Assembly: GCF_001194135.2 (NCBI RefSeq) | Contig: NC_068988.1 | Location: 69,780,815 to 69,844,814 of the forward strand | DNA from: Octopus bimaculoides | Taxonomy: Eukaryota | Direction of reading: 5' to 3' | Length of the DNA stretch: 64,000 bases | Shown: in pieces, positions 39,205 to 53,425 of the stretch | Layout: each line of letters opens with the position of its first letter | How positions within the stretch are numbered: position 1 is the stretch's first letter | Position numbers and translations under genes: made by a program | Notes under the pieces: generated by a model | The model's database searches: none | What the model was told of the DNA's origin: nothing | The model's input: only the letters and a program-made list of their open reading frames with translations

Positions 39205-39899
39205 ACACACACATGTGCACACACACACACGAACACACATACATTCACAAATATGTCTTGGTTGGATCATTTGAGAATTCTTTAGTCAAGTTTTCTATTT
39301 GTCAAATATATGGAATACATCAGAAAAAAGACGAGGAAATGTTTCTTTGCTTCCCCATCATTGCTTACATTTAAACCTGATAATTCACACATCAGCCATG
39401 TCACGGTCTGTCATTTAAATAACAGCAAAGAAATGCGTTTTTTTTATATAAAAAAAAAAAAGCAAAAACAACCTTATCTTTTAATCTCCTCAGCTGAAGA
39501 AGATTCCTTCTATTGAAATGAGAATCAAAGCCCCATCAGTGAGATAATACCAACGATGACAGATGCAAAAGGTCAATACTTTAACCTCTCTCACATAATC
39601 TATAATGTTTGCTCCTGGTAGATGTCATTATGCACTGATCCTAATTATCTTTCTACACAATTAATTTCAATGAGATGATGATAATAATAATAATAATAAT
39701 AATAATGATAATAATAATGATGTAAATTCATTTGCTATTTTCTATACCGCCCTGTTATATTCTTGCTTTTCACTATGTTGTTGTATGTAAACCATTCAGG
39801 TTAAATAAACTTCCCACTCAACATTACTTGTGAAAAACCACAGGCCTGATATTGATATTCAAACACAACAATACCTGCAGCTAGTGAAAGCACATACAT

Positions 39900-39934
<35 letters not shown>

Positions 39935-40253
39935 TTGATCATCATCATCAATTTCATTGTCATCAGCACCACCACCATCACCACCAGTATAATTGTTATT
40001 GTCTAAAACATAATATCTAGTTCCTCCCTAATGCTTCTTCTGTCCCATCCCACCTCCATTAACAGACCACACTAATATAATCACTATACTTTCATATCTT
40101 TGACATTTCTTTCATAAATAAGCAATTACACACACAAATATATATCCATTATATATATATATATATATATATATTAACACCAACATCATCATCATTATCA
40201 GCAGCAGCTTTTAACATCCATTTTTCATGTTTTAGACTCTCTGTGTGTGTGTC

Positions 40254-40306
<53 letters not shown>

Positions 40307-40539
40307 NNNNNNNNNNNNNNNNNNNNNNNNNNNNNNNNNNNNNNNNNNNNNNNNNNNNNNNNNNNNNNNNNNNNNNNNNNNNNNNNNNNNNNNNNNNNNN
40401 NNNNNNNNNNNNNNNNNNNNNNNNNNNNNNNNNNNNNNNNNNNNNNNNNNNNNNNNNNNNNNNNNNNNNNNNNNNNNNNNNNNNNNNNNNNNNNNNNNNN
40501 NNNNNNNNNNNNNNNNNNNNNNNNNNNNNNNNNNNNNNN

Positions 40540-40585
<46 letters not shown>

Positions 40586-43429
40586 GCCATCCATGTATCA
40601 GACTTTATACACACTATATATACACTAGTTACTGCAGCATTTGTCTTGAGACAAATAACATCTCTTATAGATTAAGATAATATCTTTTATGGACTTGCAG
40701 TATTAAAGACAATGAATATCTGAGAGCAATGAAAATTCATCCTGGCAGTGGCTTATGAGAGCATCTGATAACTTTGGACTTGTTGGGTCTTTTCAGTAGT
40801 GCATACACACAGACAGTCATATATTTGAATAAGAATTCATTGTCTCAGATATAAGCAAAAGTGAATAAAACATCCACTGATATTTTGAACAGCTTTTTGA
40901 CTGATAAAAAATCCTGTATATGCAACTGAGGCAGTATTTAATTAAAAGAACCATCTGTGTATTATAATTAATGTATAAATACAAGCAATAGGCCAATTAC
41001 TGCAGTATTTCTTGTGAAACATCTCTTATGGTCTTGCTAGATAATGAATTCTTATCTGGGCATGATGATTTGATGTACATACATCTTTGCATTCATGTAT
41101 ATATGTATACATGATGTGTGTGTGTGTGACTTTTGCGTGTTCACGTTTTTGTATAGGTATGTTTGTGTGAGTGGATGTGTGCATTGATGTATGTGCGTGT
41201 GATGTATGTGGAGTCTCTTCAGAGACTCCATCTAAGAAGATCTGAAGAAGGAATTGTAATTCCGAAATATCATCGGACTATAGATAACCAAATTACAACA
41301 GGTGTATAGTCCCTTTTTTGTTTTGTAGTGCATTGTTGTACCATTCTAAACTTTTTATTCTTTACAAACGATACACAATGCTTCAAGCGAACTACAATAC
41401 TCTCCTATGTGTATTTGTGCGTGTGCGTGTGTGTTTGTGTACATTTGTGCATATTTGAGTGTGTGTGTGTAAAAGATATCAGTCTTTTAGTTGTTTTGTT
41501 AACCTATGTATTTGTACATACATCATCATCATCATCATCATCATCATCGTCGCCGTCGTCGTCGTCATCATCGTCATATAATATCCATGTTCTCTGCTGG
41601 CATGGGTTGGATTGGTTTGACATGGATACAATGAGTCAAGGACTGCATCGTACTGGAGTATCTGCTTTGGCATGGTTTCTTGAGCTGGATGCCCTTCCAT
41701 TGCTAACCATTTTACAGTGTGTAATGAGTACTTTTTACATGCTACCAGAACTTAGGTCACCAGGCAGCTTGAAGGTTGCCTCTGTATATAAGATGGGAGA
41801 TAAAATGTAGGGGAGGATGTTGAAGTAGAGGAGGTTCTTGTTGTAGAGGAGCTACATGGTTATTCAAATTTAAGAGAGAGAGTGAGAATGAATTACAGGT
41901 ATTTCCAAAGTGATGGACAGTTGTGATGTGGTGTCATCCAGGTGGCAGCATCAGGTGGGGGAAATGGGAATTTACAAGAGTGCATGGGAGGAGAGATAGG
42001 AGAAGCTGGAGGTGTAAAAGAATTATTCTTATAGGTATTAAGAGACAATTCATGATTAGGTGAGAAAACATAAATGTCCAACCATGTGCAAGAGTCTTCA
42101 GACATTTCAAGTGATGTCATTTATTATACCTCTCTTTCCTCTTACCAACATACTCTTTGAGACCTCAGGATATGTATTAATTCTGTTTAATATCTCAAAA
42201 AAAAAAAAAAAACTCATGACTATATGGTTAAGAAGTTTACTTCTTCAGAAGTACATGGTTTGTTGAGCGATTATCATCAGGAAGTCACAGGACATGCTAG
42301 AAGTAGCAGTCATACCTTTCTCAGATTATACCTAATCATCTTTATAGAAATAGGAAAAGGAGGATGCATGGAATAATGAAATCCTCCAGGATAATATGCT
42401 AAATAGTGGTTGGCCAGGGTCAAATTATCTTATATTCTAAATTGGAGATGATCTGAGATTCAAAGCAACAATAACAATAGTGCCACTGCTACCACTACTA
42501 TCATTATCATATTATGTAGGCAGAGTTGGTTAAGACAACTTATCTGATTCCTAATCCTTGTTGAAACGAAGATTTCCATTCAGGAATGTTTCACGCACAT
42601 GCACACACACATGTACCTTCACATACACATATGCATATACTGGAATAGAGAAGATTTCATGGGAATACTCTGGTAGTACAGACTCTGTGTCTGAGATGAC
42701 CAGCAAACTAAACACTAGCATGACTTAAGATGGTAAAAGTGTCAAGATGGTCAAATATTGATTTGTAACATTAACACAAGGCTTCAGGGATGGAAGAGTA
42801 GATTAAATTGATGCTAACACACGGCACCAGTACAATAACAATAGTATCAATGATAACAACACATGGAACACAGTGGTTTGTTACCTTTTCATTTAACTAT
42901 GGATAAGAAAATAAATTTTTAAAATAATACAAAATGATATAAATGACCTAATTAGAGCATTATCTTATTTTATGGTGCAATTTAACAGATACTAAATTTG
43001 ACAACTGTTATTTTAAAAGGAAAACTGACAAAAATAGTCTCAAATACATCAAGTGTCTGTTAGTTGCCACCTTGTGCCTTCATTTTTTACTTGTGCACTC
43101 TATTTTGATAAACACATTCAAAGTAATAGTATTTTATTTGTTCTTTCAAATAGTTAAAAGCCAGATCAATATCTCATTCTTCTTCAGGCATATATTCTGA
43201 ATCATGTCATTCATGAGGGTACAAACTTGTGTTGTCTCTTTTGACATTGTATTAAGAGTCTTTGGTATAACAAATACAGAATTTTTTTTAATTCTTGTGT
43301 TTTTGCAATTTAAGTAAAATTTTCAGAATTCTTATTCATTAGTAGAATGTGATCTTATATTTTAATTACGGTTTTAATGGTTAGGAACATCAGAGTCAAA
43401 GCTACAATGATACAAAGACAGAAGACGAT

Positions 43430-44570
43430 ATGAAGAAAAAGACATGGTGGCTAAATGGCCCTGCAGTTGGTCATAGGTTGAGAAAAATTCTAATTGGTAT
43501 GCATGACAAGGAAAAGGAGTTAGATACCTATAGCATAAATGTCAAACGGATGTTTCTATGAGATAATCTGTTGATAAACATGCTGAAGCTGATGTACTGG
43601 TAGAATGACACAGTAGATAAAGTTGTAAAAGCTAAGAGGCAGGCTTAGAAAACCCAGAAAGTAAGTGACATTAGAGAGCATAATCAAGAAAGACAACTAG
43701 GCATCAGGTGAAAGGAGAAGTAGAAAGGAAGAGGTTTGTATGGTAGGATGTAAGGATCAGAGGCATGAGGTGTTCGTGTTAAGAATTGTGGGACAATTAA
43801 AGAGAACTGAGACATCTGAAGACACGCTTACTGTTACTGTGAATAAAGGCTTTTAAATACAGAGTATGCATGGAATAAAGATGAGCTGCTTATGTAGATT
43901 CTATAGAGAGATTTGTCGGTCAAGTTGACAGAAGTGTGGTAGATAGAGAAATTAAAGATATGAAGCAGGAAAAGCTGCTATTTCCTTATTGATAGCTACT
44001 GAAATTCTCAAATGTCTGGTGAGATAAGATACTTTGTAATCACTTGAATAGTTAATCAAATATTAGAGGAAGGTGTTATACTTAATGACTGGCATAACGG
44101 TATCATTGTAAACTGCTATGAAAACAAAGGAGATACTTTAGAGAGAAGAAATTAAGAGAGAAATCAAGTTATTAGACTAGCCTATGAAGATCATAGAGGA
44201 GGTCATAGAGCAATTGATCTAAAACAAAGTCAACTTCAATGAGATGCAGTTCAGCTTTGTACTTAGAAGAGGTGCCAGGAATGCAATCTTCCTATTGAGA
44301 CAATTTCAGAAGAAACACTTAGCAAAGGATAAACCAATATAGCTGGCATTTATTGACTTGGAGTAGGCCTTTGACAAGATGCCATGCTCTATAACTGGTA
44401 ATCACAAAGGAAACTAAGTGCAGATGAATGAGTTATGAGAGCTATACAAGCTTTGTGCAAAGGCAGAATAAATAAAGTGTGGGACAAAAAGTTTAGCAAC
44501 AAAAAAGGTTCAATCCCCAACCATCTCCTATTCATCATAATCATATATTTATGATTGTATAAGGTAATTC
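43430..44570 (+). mobile_element. Decayed RTE-type LINE RT region
   Basis: NDWHNGIIVNCYENKGDTLERRN, NEMQFSF..RRGARNAIFLLRQFQKKHLAKDKP, LAFIDLE.AFDK. Confidence 0.8.
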
Positions 44571-44623
44571 CAGGTATGGAAGCAAAACCTAGAATCAAGA
44601 GGCCTCATGGTAAACTTTGCAAG

Positions 44624-44829
44624 TGTTGTAAGCCTTAATGTCGGATTGTTATAACGCCCACTCTGGTATAGCAGTAGAGTTAGTAAAACAAGTAAAGTGA
44701 CAACTATGTATGACTGTCTACTACATACTCTTCCTCTATACTGACCAATAGCACCCTATTTATAGTGACTAGCACATACCACTCATCGCATGAGAGGAGT
44801 GTACCATTATTACTATTATCTCCACAACA
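44624..44829 (-). mobile_element. Solo LTR related to the 48371-48604 LTR
   Basis: TG...CA termini; shares GATGAGTGGTATGTG.TAGTCA and GAGTGG.CGTTATAA...TCCGACATT...TTACAACA with the provirus LTR; TSD imperfect. Confidence 0.75.
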
Positions 44830-45084
44830 CAAAGACTAAGTTTTAAGTTGTTTGCTGGTAGGAAAGAAGTGTAAGCTATGTACATACAAGAGAATCATAA
44901 ATAGGCTGAAAGAGAAGATAAAATTGCAATGTAGCAAGTACACTAGAGCAATATTTACTAACAGTACAATAGGAATAGTCACTTTACGTGATCAGATGGC
45001 TCACTAGAAGTAGTTGATACATTCTGTTGCATTGGCAACAAAATTAGGAAAGGAGTTGGTTATTTGGAAAGTAACTAAGGTAAG

Positions 45085-45590
45085 AATGAGCATTGTCCTG
45101 GCGCAGGTGCCACTGATCCAAATAGGAAACTTTTGGCCTTTTGCAAAGAAATCCCTACCTGATCTCCCTCAAAACCTCCATAAAGTACTCTTTATTGACC
45201 ATCTGATCAGAGGGAATCTAGTGGATGTAGATGATGCCCTCGCTGTTGGAAAAGGAGACCATCGTGAGTTTCCATCTGGATAACCAACTGCTTGAGAGAG
45301 AGGGGCATCACAACTGTCCCTCGCCCTCCTTACAGTCCATACCTTGCACCCTGTGACTTTTGGTTGCACCTCAAACTGAAGAACTTCAAGGGCAGTCATT
45401 TTGAAGATAAAGGAGGCTGTGAGAAGGGTCCTGGACATCTTTACCTAGGAGACCATCCACAGGGCCTTCATAAAGGAGCTAAAGCACTACAAGTGAATTG
45501 AAGTCAAAAGATCCTACTTTGAAGGAGATTAGGGGTTTGTACTTCTTTTACATTAAAGGATTTTCTCCAAAAAATGTCTCAAAACATCTG
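45085..45590 (+). mobile_element. Mariner transposase fragment with an internally inverted segment
   Basis: 45280-45531 on plus: RERGITTVPRPPYSPYLAPCDFWL...YFEGD*. About 45088-45275 on minus: SEGIIYIH..DQMVNKEYFMEVLRE..KRP..QWHLRQDNAH. Confidence 0.75.
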
Positions 45591-46386
45591 GAATGCACTT
45601 CTTATCTTTATCTCATCTCCTGCCCTTACCATAATGTACTTCTCTAATTGCTAGTCCCTTCTCAACCAACTCCATCTGCAACTAACCCCACCTTTTCCCA
45701 TCACATTTTCCTATCACATTCTTGCACCTTCCTACCTATTCTGGTCTTTCTTTTGTCTTGCTTTCTGTCTCATCCTCTCCTTGGTCACCTGAGTAAATAT
45801 ACACAGGCCTGGTTATAAAATATTCTCCACACTTAGACTCTAACATCCCCTCCTCCTCCTCAACTACACATCATGGCTTTTCTGCTGCTATTGCTCTCTT
45901 TCCAATACCACTCCTCAGTCTACATGACACAGGTTACTGAGTATTCTCCACATCTACTGTGTACAGGTCATGCACCTCCCTTGTTTGTGCAATAACAGAA
46001 CCTGCTGCACTTTCTTTACAGGGGAATAGCAATGAAAGTTATGTTTCTAGTGCTTCTTTGATAGAAATCTTCCCAGTACTCAGTTAAAGTGATTGGCAGT
46101 GATTTTAATTATGAAGTCCCTTTAAACCAGGAGATTGATTAAATCAGTATATCTTCCATCCTATTTCTGTTCCCTAATTCCACACACAAAATGCTATGCA
46201 ATGAGATCAAACCTGAAACCATACAGTCATGAAGTGAAGTTCTTAACACAACCATACTTGTGCCATTTACAGCCAAGGTCTGTAGTTGTTGTTGTTGTTA
46301 TCTGCCCTGATCCAGCAGACTCACGATTAGAAGCATTCCAGCTGTGACAATACTATATTATTTCTTATTAATTTAGACATAATGTA

Positions 46387-46791
46387 TGTCTGTTCTGTCT
46401 GTCTGTCTGTCTGTTGGCACTCCATCGCTTACGACGTCGAGGGTTCCAGTCGATCCGATCAACGGAACAGCCTGCTCGTGAAATTAACGTGTAAGTGGCT
46501 GAGCACTCCACAGATACGTGTACCCTTAACGTAGTTCTCGGGGATATTCAGCGTGACACAGTGTGACAAGGCTGACCCTTTGAATTACAGGCACAACAGA
46601 AACAGGAAGAAAGAGTGAGAGAAAGTTGTGGTGGAAGAGTACAGCAGGGTTCGCCACCATCCCCTGCTGCAGCCTCGTGGAGCTTTAGGTGTTTTCGCTC
46701 AATAAACACTCACAACGCCCGGTCTGAGAATCGAAACCGCGATCCTATGACCGCGAGTCTGCTGCCCTAACTACTGGCCCATTGTGCCTCC
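46387..46791 (-). mobile_element. tRNA-derived SINE, family B (young, CpG-rich)
   Basis: Head GGAGGCACAATGGGCCAGTAGTTAGGG...GGTTTCGATTCTC; (GACA)n tail. Confidence 0.8.
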
Positions 46792-48370
46792 ACATAATGC
46801 ATCTAGGACTACATTATCTAACAAGCCTTTTTAGCTTTTATAAGGAATTGATTAATTTCTCAACATTTGAGCTACTACATAGTGAATTCAATTGGCACAT
46901 TAAAAACAAAATATGGTTGCATTGAAGCAAAGAATAATGCTCTTATATGGTTTAGAAAAATGCAAATGGTCACTTCTGGCATTCTCAAGGAGGGTGCTCA
47001 TTGTGCCTCTCTAAGATAACAAATTACAACTTGAATGGGTAGGGTCATTGTAATTTATCATGGGTTTGCTAGAGACATGCTGCTATCCTTATTCATATAT
47101 AAGTAAGTTCTAAGACTATTTTACCAAACTTAAACAGCACAGTAAGAGTCTCACCTTGATATTTTTCACAGCAGAAAAAAAACAAGATATCCTGAGAATA
47201 CAAAATATTTGGTTTATCAAGTTCAGATATTTCGTTTGTTTCTTTAATTGACTTATAAAATCTTCTAATCTTTCATTAATCGAAATCTGTGAAACTAGTC
47301 AGCTCCATATTTAATTAAAGGTGAGTGCAAAGATTAAGTGACATTATGTAAAAAGATAATATATAAGAGATTGAGTATCTTGTTATTACTGTACATCACA
47401 CTTTTTGTAAATGGTAATTAGGCATTATCACCATCATCGTAGACAGTATCATCATCATTATAATTATCTTTATTCACAATCCTTGAAACAAATTACTACC
47501 GATCTGTCTTTCCATTCTCATCATCACCATAAACATCACCACCATCATCGACAAGCATGTTATAAGAGATTTATAACCAACAGAGAAAGAGAATGAGGAA
47601 AAGAGCGAGGAAGGAAAGAAGCAAAATAGCAAACTTGTTGTCGCTTTCCGTTTCAACTTCCTGCTTTGTGAAATATAATTAACTGTGAAATCTTACAACA
47701 CTGTATAGATGTCATAGCTAAAGTTAGCTGGAACAGCTAGAAATATTTGAATTTCTGGTTCAATCAGAGCTTGGGTATGGTGATCAGAACTTCCATTTAA
47801 ACTTAGGACAAACTCCTTATCTTTATAAAAAAAAACAGAAAAAAAAATAGCCACATTAGATTATGCAATCTAGGAAGCCCCTAAAGAGAGATAGTATGGA
47901 CAGCTGCAGAGCCTTCTACTCATAGGTTAGCTTTATCAGCGACTGACCATGTTTTTCCCGGATTTACCGCCTGAGAGGGGAAGGGCAGCATCTATGAATC
48001 CTCAAGGGTCAGTGAGATTGGTAGCAGAGAAAAGAAGTAAGTTATCAAGAACTGAATATCTAGACTAAATGCTTCCAATAGAGTAGATTCTACTTTAATC
48101 TCATACTGGCTAAGTGGTTTCAAACATGGTGATGGATTAAATCTACAACCCAAAATTCAGCCAATAATCTTTTACTAGATTTAATTGAAGCCATAGTTTT
48201 CAGCTGCAGTTTTTCTGTCTCTACTATTCCAAGAAATACTCAACTTCATCTGATGGATTTGACATTCATTTTTGCTCCTGCTTGGCCTAACTTAATTTCA
48301 GTACTCAAAGACTAGCTTTTTTTGCTGCTATCAAATTTACCTAGGTACATCAATGACTGTATTTAGCTTG

Positions 48371-51125
48371 TGTTATGGGGATAATAATAATAATAATAAT
48401 AATAATGATAATAATAATAATAATAATAACCCCTCCCGCGTGATGAGTGGTATGTGTTAGTCATTACAAATACTGTGATGTAAGAAGTTGAGATGTGGAG
48501 AAGTCAATGAAGTTGGTCATAGATAGTCATGTCTTTACTTGTCTAACTAATTATACTACTATACTGGAGTGGACGTTATAAGAGTCCGACATTGGATTAC
48601 AACAAATGCATGAAGATTAAACAAACTCACAAAAGCTTTTGCGCAAAATTTATGGTATACAAAATCATAAAATTATGGAAGAATTGTTGGCCTGTTTGCT
48701 TGAGCTGCAAAAACAACAACTCCAAGAATAACAACAGCAACAACAACAACAGCAAGAAGAAGGAGAAGAAGAAGAAGAAGAAGAACAACAACAACAACAA
48801 CAATTACTATTACAGCATCAAATGCTGCAATTAATGAATAGTAAGTCATCCAAAAATGCTGTAAAGATGTTCTCACCAGATTATGTTGCAAACTCAGTAA
48901 CAGAGTTTAAGTATGAACCAGATGAAGGAGTTACCTTCAAGGTATACTACAGAAGATATGAACAGATCTTCAATAAAGAGTGCAAAGATTGGGAAGATGA
49001 TCTGAAAATGCATGTAGTCCTAAGAAAACTGTCAGCAAGAGAACATGAGTGTTACAGCAATTACGTACTCCTGAAAAAACCTTCTGACATAAATTTAGAA
49101 ATACAATAGACATATAGTGTAACATTTTTAGTGAGAAAAAGCTTGTTGTTCAATACATGTTGGAAATGTTTGAACCTAGAAAAGAACAACAATGAGGACT
49201 ACATCATATATGCTGGTAGAGTTAACAGAGAATGTGGAAAGTTCAAACTGGATGAATTAACGCCAGACATGTTTAAGTGTCTGGTATTTTCTCAGGGACT
49301 AAATGCAGAAAAAGACACTGAAGTAAAACAAGAATTCTCACTAAGCTGGAACAAAACCAAGCTGTAACCTTACAAGTGTCAGAAGAGTGTTAAAGAATAG
49401 ACACAGCACAGAGAAAATTGAACATAATGATTGCTCCCAAGAGAAACAAGTGCAAGACAGGCAGAATAGAAATCAAGTGTGAACTAACATACAGTAGAGA
49501 CAGGACAAATGTCAGGAAACAAACCCATTTTGCATGTGGGGATCTACACCTGAGAAAAAAACTGCCCATTTAAGAAAGTGAAATGTTTTTGTTGCGGAAA
49601 AATTCGACACATAAAAGTGCACTGTAAAACCAAAATGACAAAATGTTGGACGAAGAAAAAAGAATGAACAAGCTGTCGTCAAAAGAAAATGGTAATAAGA
49701 CAAAGAGAAAATTCTTAAATGTCACAATTAAAAATATAAGAGTAAAAATGCAGTTAGATATTGGAAGTGATATTGCCATTGTGAATGAAGAAACTTGGAA
49801 GTATATCAGTAAAGCAAAATTAAGTAAATCTACAAAAGTAACGCATGGTGTTGCAGGTAAAAAATTGTATTTTGTAGGTGAATTTGTGTGTAATGTGACA
49901 TTTCCTGACCAAATGAAAATAGCAAAAGTATATGTGTTAAAAAATTCAATAAATTTGTCTGGCTCAGAGTGCATGGAACTGTTCAAGTTGTAGAATGTGC
50001 CCATAAATGTTTTGTGTGGGAATATAGTCGGTTCAGTTGATGGTTCGAATGCAGCTGAGGGATTGAAACAAAAAATAATAGATTTATTCCCAGATATTTT
50101 TTGGGATGAACTGGGCTGTTGCACGAAAATGAAAGCAAAAATTGTAGTAAAACAAAGTGCAACACCTGTATTTAAGCCAAAATGTAATGTACCGTTTGCT
50201 GTGCTAGAATAGGTAAATAAGGAACTTGAAAGCCTAGGAATAATCAAGAAGACAGACAACAGAGATTGGGCAGCACTTGTAGTCTACGTAAAAAAGAAAA
50301 ATAATAAATTATGAGTTTGTGCAAATTTTTTCAACGGGCTTAAACGATTGCTTAAGCTTACATAACTACCCATTGCTGAGTCCTGAGGAAGTGTTCGCAA
50401 AGATGAATGGAGGGAAGTTCTTCTCAAAGTTAGACTACTTGGAGACGTATTTACAAATCCAAGTAGAAGAAGAATGTTCACACTTACTAGCCATTAATAT
50501 ACACTGTGGTTTATTTAAATTTAAGCAGCTTCCCTTCAGTGTAAAAGTTGCTCCTTCCATATTTCAATAAGTAATGGATACAATGCTGGCAGACTATGAT
50601 TTTGCTATTGCCTATTTAGACAATATCCTAATAAAAAGCAAATCACCCAGACAACATGTAGAACATGTAAAAGGGGTATTCGAAAAGATAAGAGAATACG
50701 GCTAAGTGAAGAAAAATGCAAGTTCTTTCTGAAAAAAAATTAAATACTTGGGCCAGATAAAAGATAAATGCGGATGAAAACCAGATCCATCCAGAGCAAC
50801 TGCAATAAAAAATATGCCAACACTGAATAATGTGACTATGCTACAAGCATTTTGGGGATCAGTAAATTAACACCAAATTTATATCCTTAATATACACAAT
50901 ATAAGGGCCCTGCTAGATGATTTTTAAAGAAAATTGCAAAATGGTGCTGGACTGATAAGTGCCAGAAGGCATTTGATGAATTAAAAAAAACATTTTAACA
51001 TCGAACTTATCGTTAATGCATTTTGATCTGAAGCTGGATATTATATTGGCTTCAAATGTGAGTGCTTACAGTGTAGGAACCATGCTTTTGCACAAATATG
51101 ATGACAGGAGTAAAAAAGTTGATTG
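48371..51125 (+). mobile_element. 3'-truncated Ty3/gypsy (Mag-like) provirus: 5' LTR, gag, protease, RT, start of RNase H
   Basis: LTR 48371-48604 (TG...CA); gag FKYEPDEGVTFKVYYRRYE; twin zinc knuckles CGDLH...CPFKKVKCFCCGKIRHIKVHC; protease LDIGSD; RT SKLDY...QLPFSVKVAPSIFQ...YLDN; many stops and frameshifts. Confidence 0.9.
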
Positions 51126-51175
51126 AACGTACAAGAGGTAGAATACTTGTGCCTGATATAGCCAGTTTGAATATA

Positions 51176-52090
51176 CAAGGTTGCATCAAAAGGTTCCTGG
51201 ACTAATTCTGTAGTGCACCAACAGATGGCAGCATATGGTTGCATGTGCAGTGAGAGCTAGCAGTGACCTTCATGAAGCAGTGTGCCAAATGATATTACTG
51301 TGTTTACTTCGCAAGTTATGAAATTTGTGTTTTTGTGATCATATGTATGTTGTTGCCTGTAAGTTTGTCATAGACAGGAACAAAGCGCCGACATGAAATT
51401 TTGTGTTAAACTTGGGAAATCTGCTACAGACACATTGAGCATGCTCTGGCAAGATTATGGTGCTGAGGCACTGGGTTCTACACAGTGTTTCAGGTTGTAT
51501 AGGTGTATTAAAAGCAGAAGGGAATCGATGATGAGCAATCTGAACGACCAGTAACAAGCGTCACCCCCAGAAATGTGGTATTTTGCATCAAGAATTCTGC
51601 CCCCGCCCTGGGTCCAGACCACCAATCAAGAGTTCAACTGTTATGTTTTGAAGTATTTGAAGGAAGACATCTGGTGAAAATCACAAAGTCTGTGGAGTAC
51701 AAAGAACTGGATTCTTCATGATGACAATGCACCCTGTCACCAAACTCTCCTCATTCATGAGTTTCTTGCTAAAAACAACATGGTATTGCTTCTGCACCTG
51801 TCCTATTCACCATATTTAGCACCTGCAGACTTCCATCTTCCCCAAGATGAAAATGCAGCTCAAAGGTCCCTGTTTTAACACTGTTATCAAGATCCAGAGT
51901 GAATCACAGAAGGTCCATGACTTGCTTATGGAAAACAACTTCCAGGCCAGATTCCAAAAAGTGCCAAGATTGCAGGGACTGGTGTATTGCTGTGCAAGGT
52001 GACTATTTCAAAGGAGATTATGTAAAAACTCAGGTAAATAAATTGACTTTTATTAAATATAACTAGTCTGGGAACCTTTTGATACCAACT
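51176..52090 (+). mobile_element. Internally deleted mariner, inserted at a TA inside a piggyBac-like MITE copy
   Basis: Imperfect TIRs of about 30 bp (ATCAAAAGGTTCC core); KFCVKLGKSATDT, WILHDDNAPCH, SYSPYLAPADF, DYFKGD; flanks 51137-51175 and 52091-52144 match 18790-18880. Confidence 0.85.
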
Positions 52091-52959
52091 TAAACAACAG
52101 GTAGAATATTTGGGCCTGATATACCCAGTTTCAATGCTAAAGGGTTTATGGCTAGGAGAAGTGAAAAATGTTTAACTATTGTACATATGGGGAGTTCCTA
52201 CATGGTAGAAGAACTTTAAGGGTCATTGATTAAAAAACTAATAATCAAACCATGGGTCCAGTTTATTTGAATTTCTTCTGCTTTAGCACATATCTTGTTC
52301 TTATTCTTGTAATTGTCATTTAGCCCCAGGCCAATAAGGATTGAGCAGACCTGTGATCAACTATATTCCAGCAATAGCCATATTATCTTTTATTCAGACT
52401 TTAAAACTACATTATCCAATGTTTCCAAAAACAGAGAAATAGTGAGAGAGATATGGTAGTTATTTCCACAGAGCTCTAAATGATCTCATAGAGGCTCTCC
52501 CTTATTACTTTACATTATTAAAATGTTCTCCATTCATGTCAAGTTTTATTTTAGCCCTTCAAGCAATATCTAGTTAACTAATTGGCATCTGCAATTATGT
52601 GCATTATGGATAGCATTTATAGCACTTAACACAAATCAGCTCTAAACATATTTTCATCTTAAAGTGTCAACTTTTTGATATTTTCTATTCCTTATTTATA
52701 TTATCTTTTCATATAATTTATCTTCCTGTTTGACTTCAGGAAATGTTACCCAATCATATAACACCCAGTTGAATCTGCTTGGAATTATCAACGTTGCAAC
52801 AACTTTATGTTAATATTTGCTTTCAACATTTGTCGATCTATTTATTTATATTTAAACTAAGATTAAAATTTTTCTAAAGTTTAAGCTATTTTTCTTCCCT
52901 TAATTTTTGTTTCCTAATGTATTTCCTTCACTATTTCCTTTCCTTAATGTTGTTTATGC

Positions 52960-53425
52960 ATAGCTGTGTGATTAAGAAGATTTCCTACCAACCACATGGT
53001 TTTGAGTTCAATTTCACTGACACCTTGAGCAAATATTTTCTACTGTAGCCCCAAGCCAAACAATGTCTTGTGAATGAATTTGGCAGATAGAAACTCTAAG
53101 AAGCTCATCATATAGGTGCAGGCATGGCTGTGTGGTAAGAAGCTTGATTCCTAATTGCATGGTTCTGGGTTCACTCCCACTGTGTGGTACCTTGGGCATG
53201 TGTTTTCTGCTATGACCTCAGGCTGACCAAAGCCTTGTGAGTGGATTCGGTAAATGGAAACTCTAAGAAGCGCATCATATACATATATATCTATATGTGT
53301 GTGTCCTTGCTTCTGTGTTTGTCCCCCACTACTGCTTGACAACTGGTGTTGGTGTGTTTGCATCCTCAATATTTAGCGGTTCGGCAAAAGAGACCAATAC
53401 AATAAGTACCAGGCTTAAAATATAA
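52960..53425 (+). mobile_element. SINE family A: partial plus near-complete tandem copies
   Basis: Heads near 52960 and 53115. Confidence 0.75.

Noticed and set aside
17894-39538. Micro-exon-like AG..GT segments with lengths divisible by 3 (minus: 17894-17929, 23464-23478, 30543-30575, 31030-31059; plus: 23793-23819, 39494-39538)
   Set aside because: They occur on both strands, have incompatible phases and give no recognisable protein; strong splice-like motifs are expected by chance in AT-rich DNA. RNA-seq would be needed.
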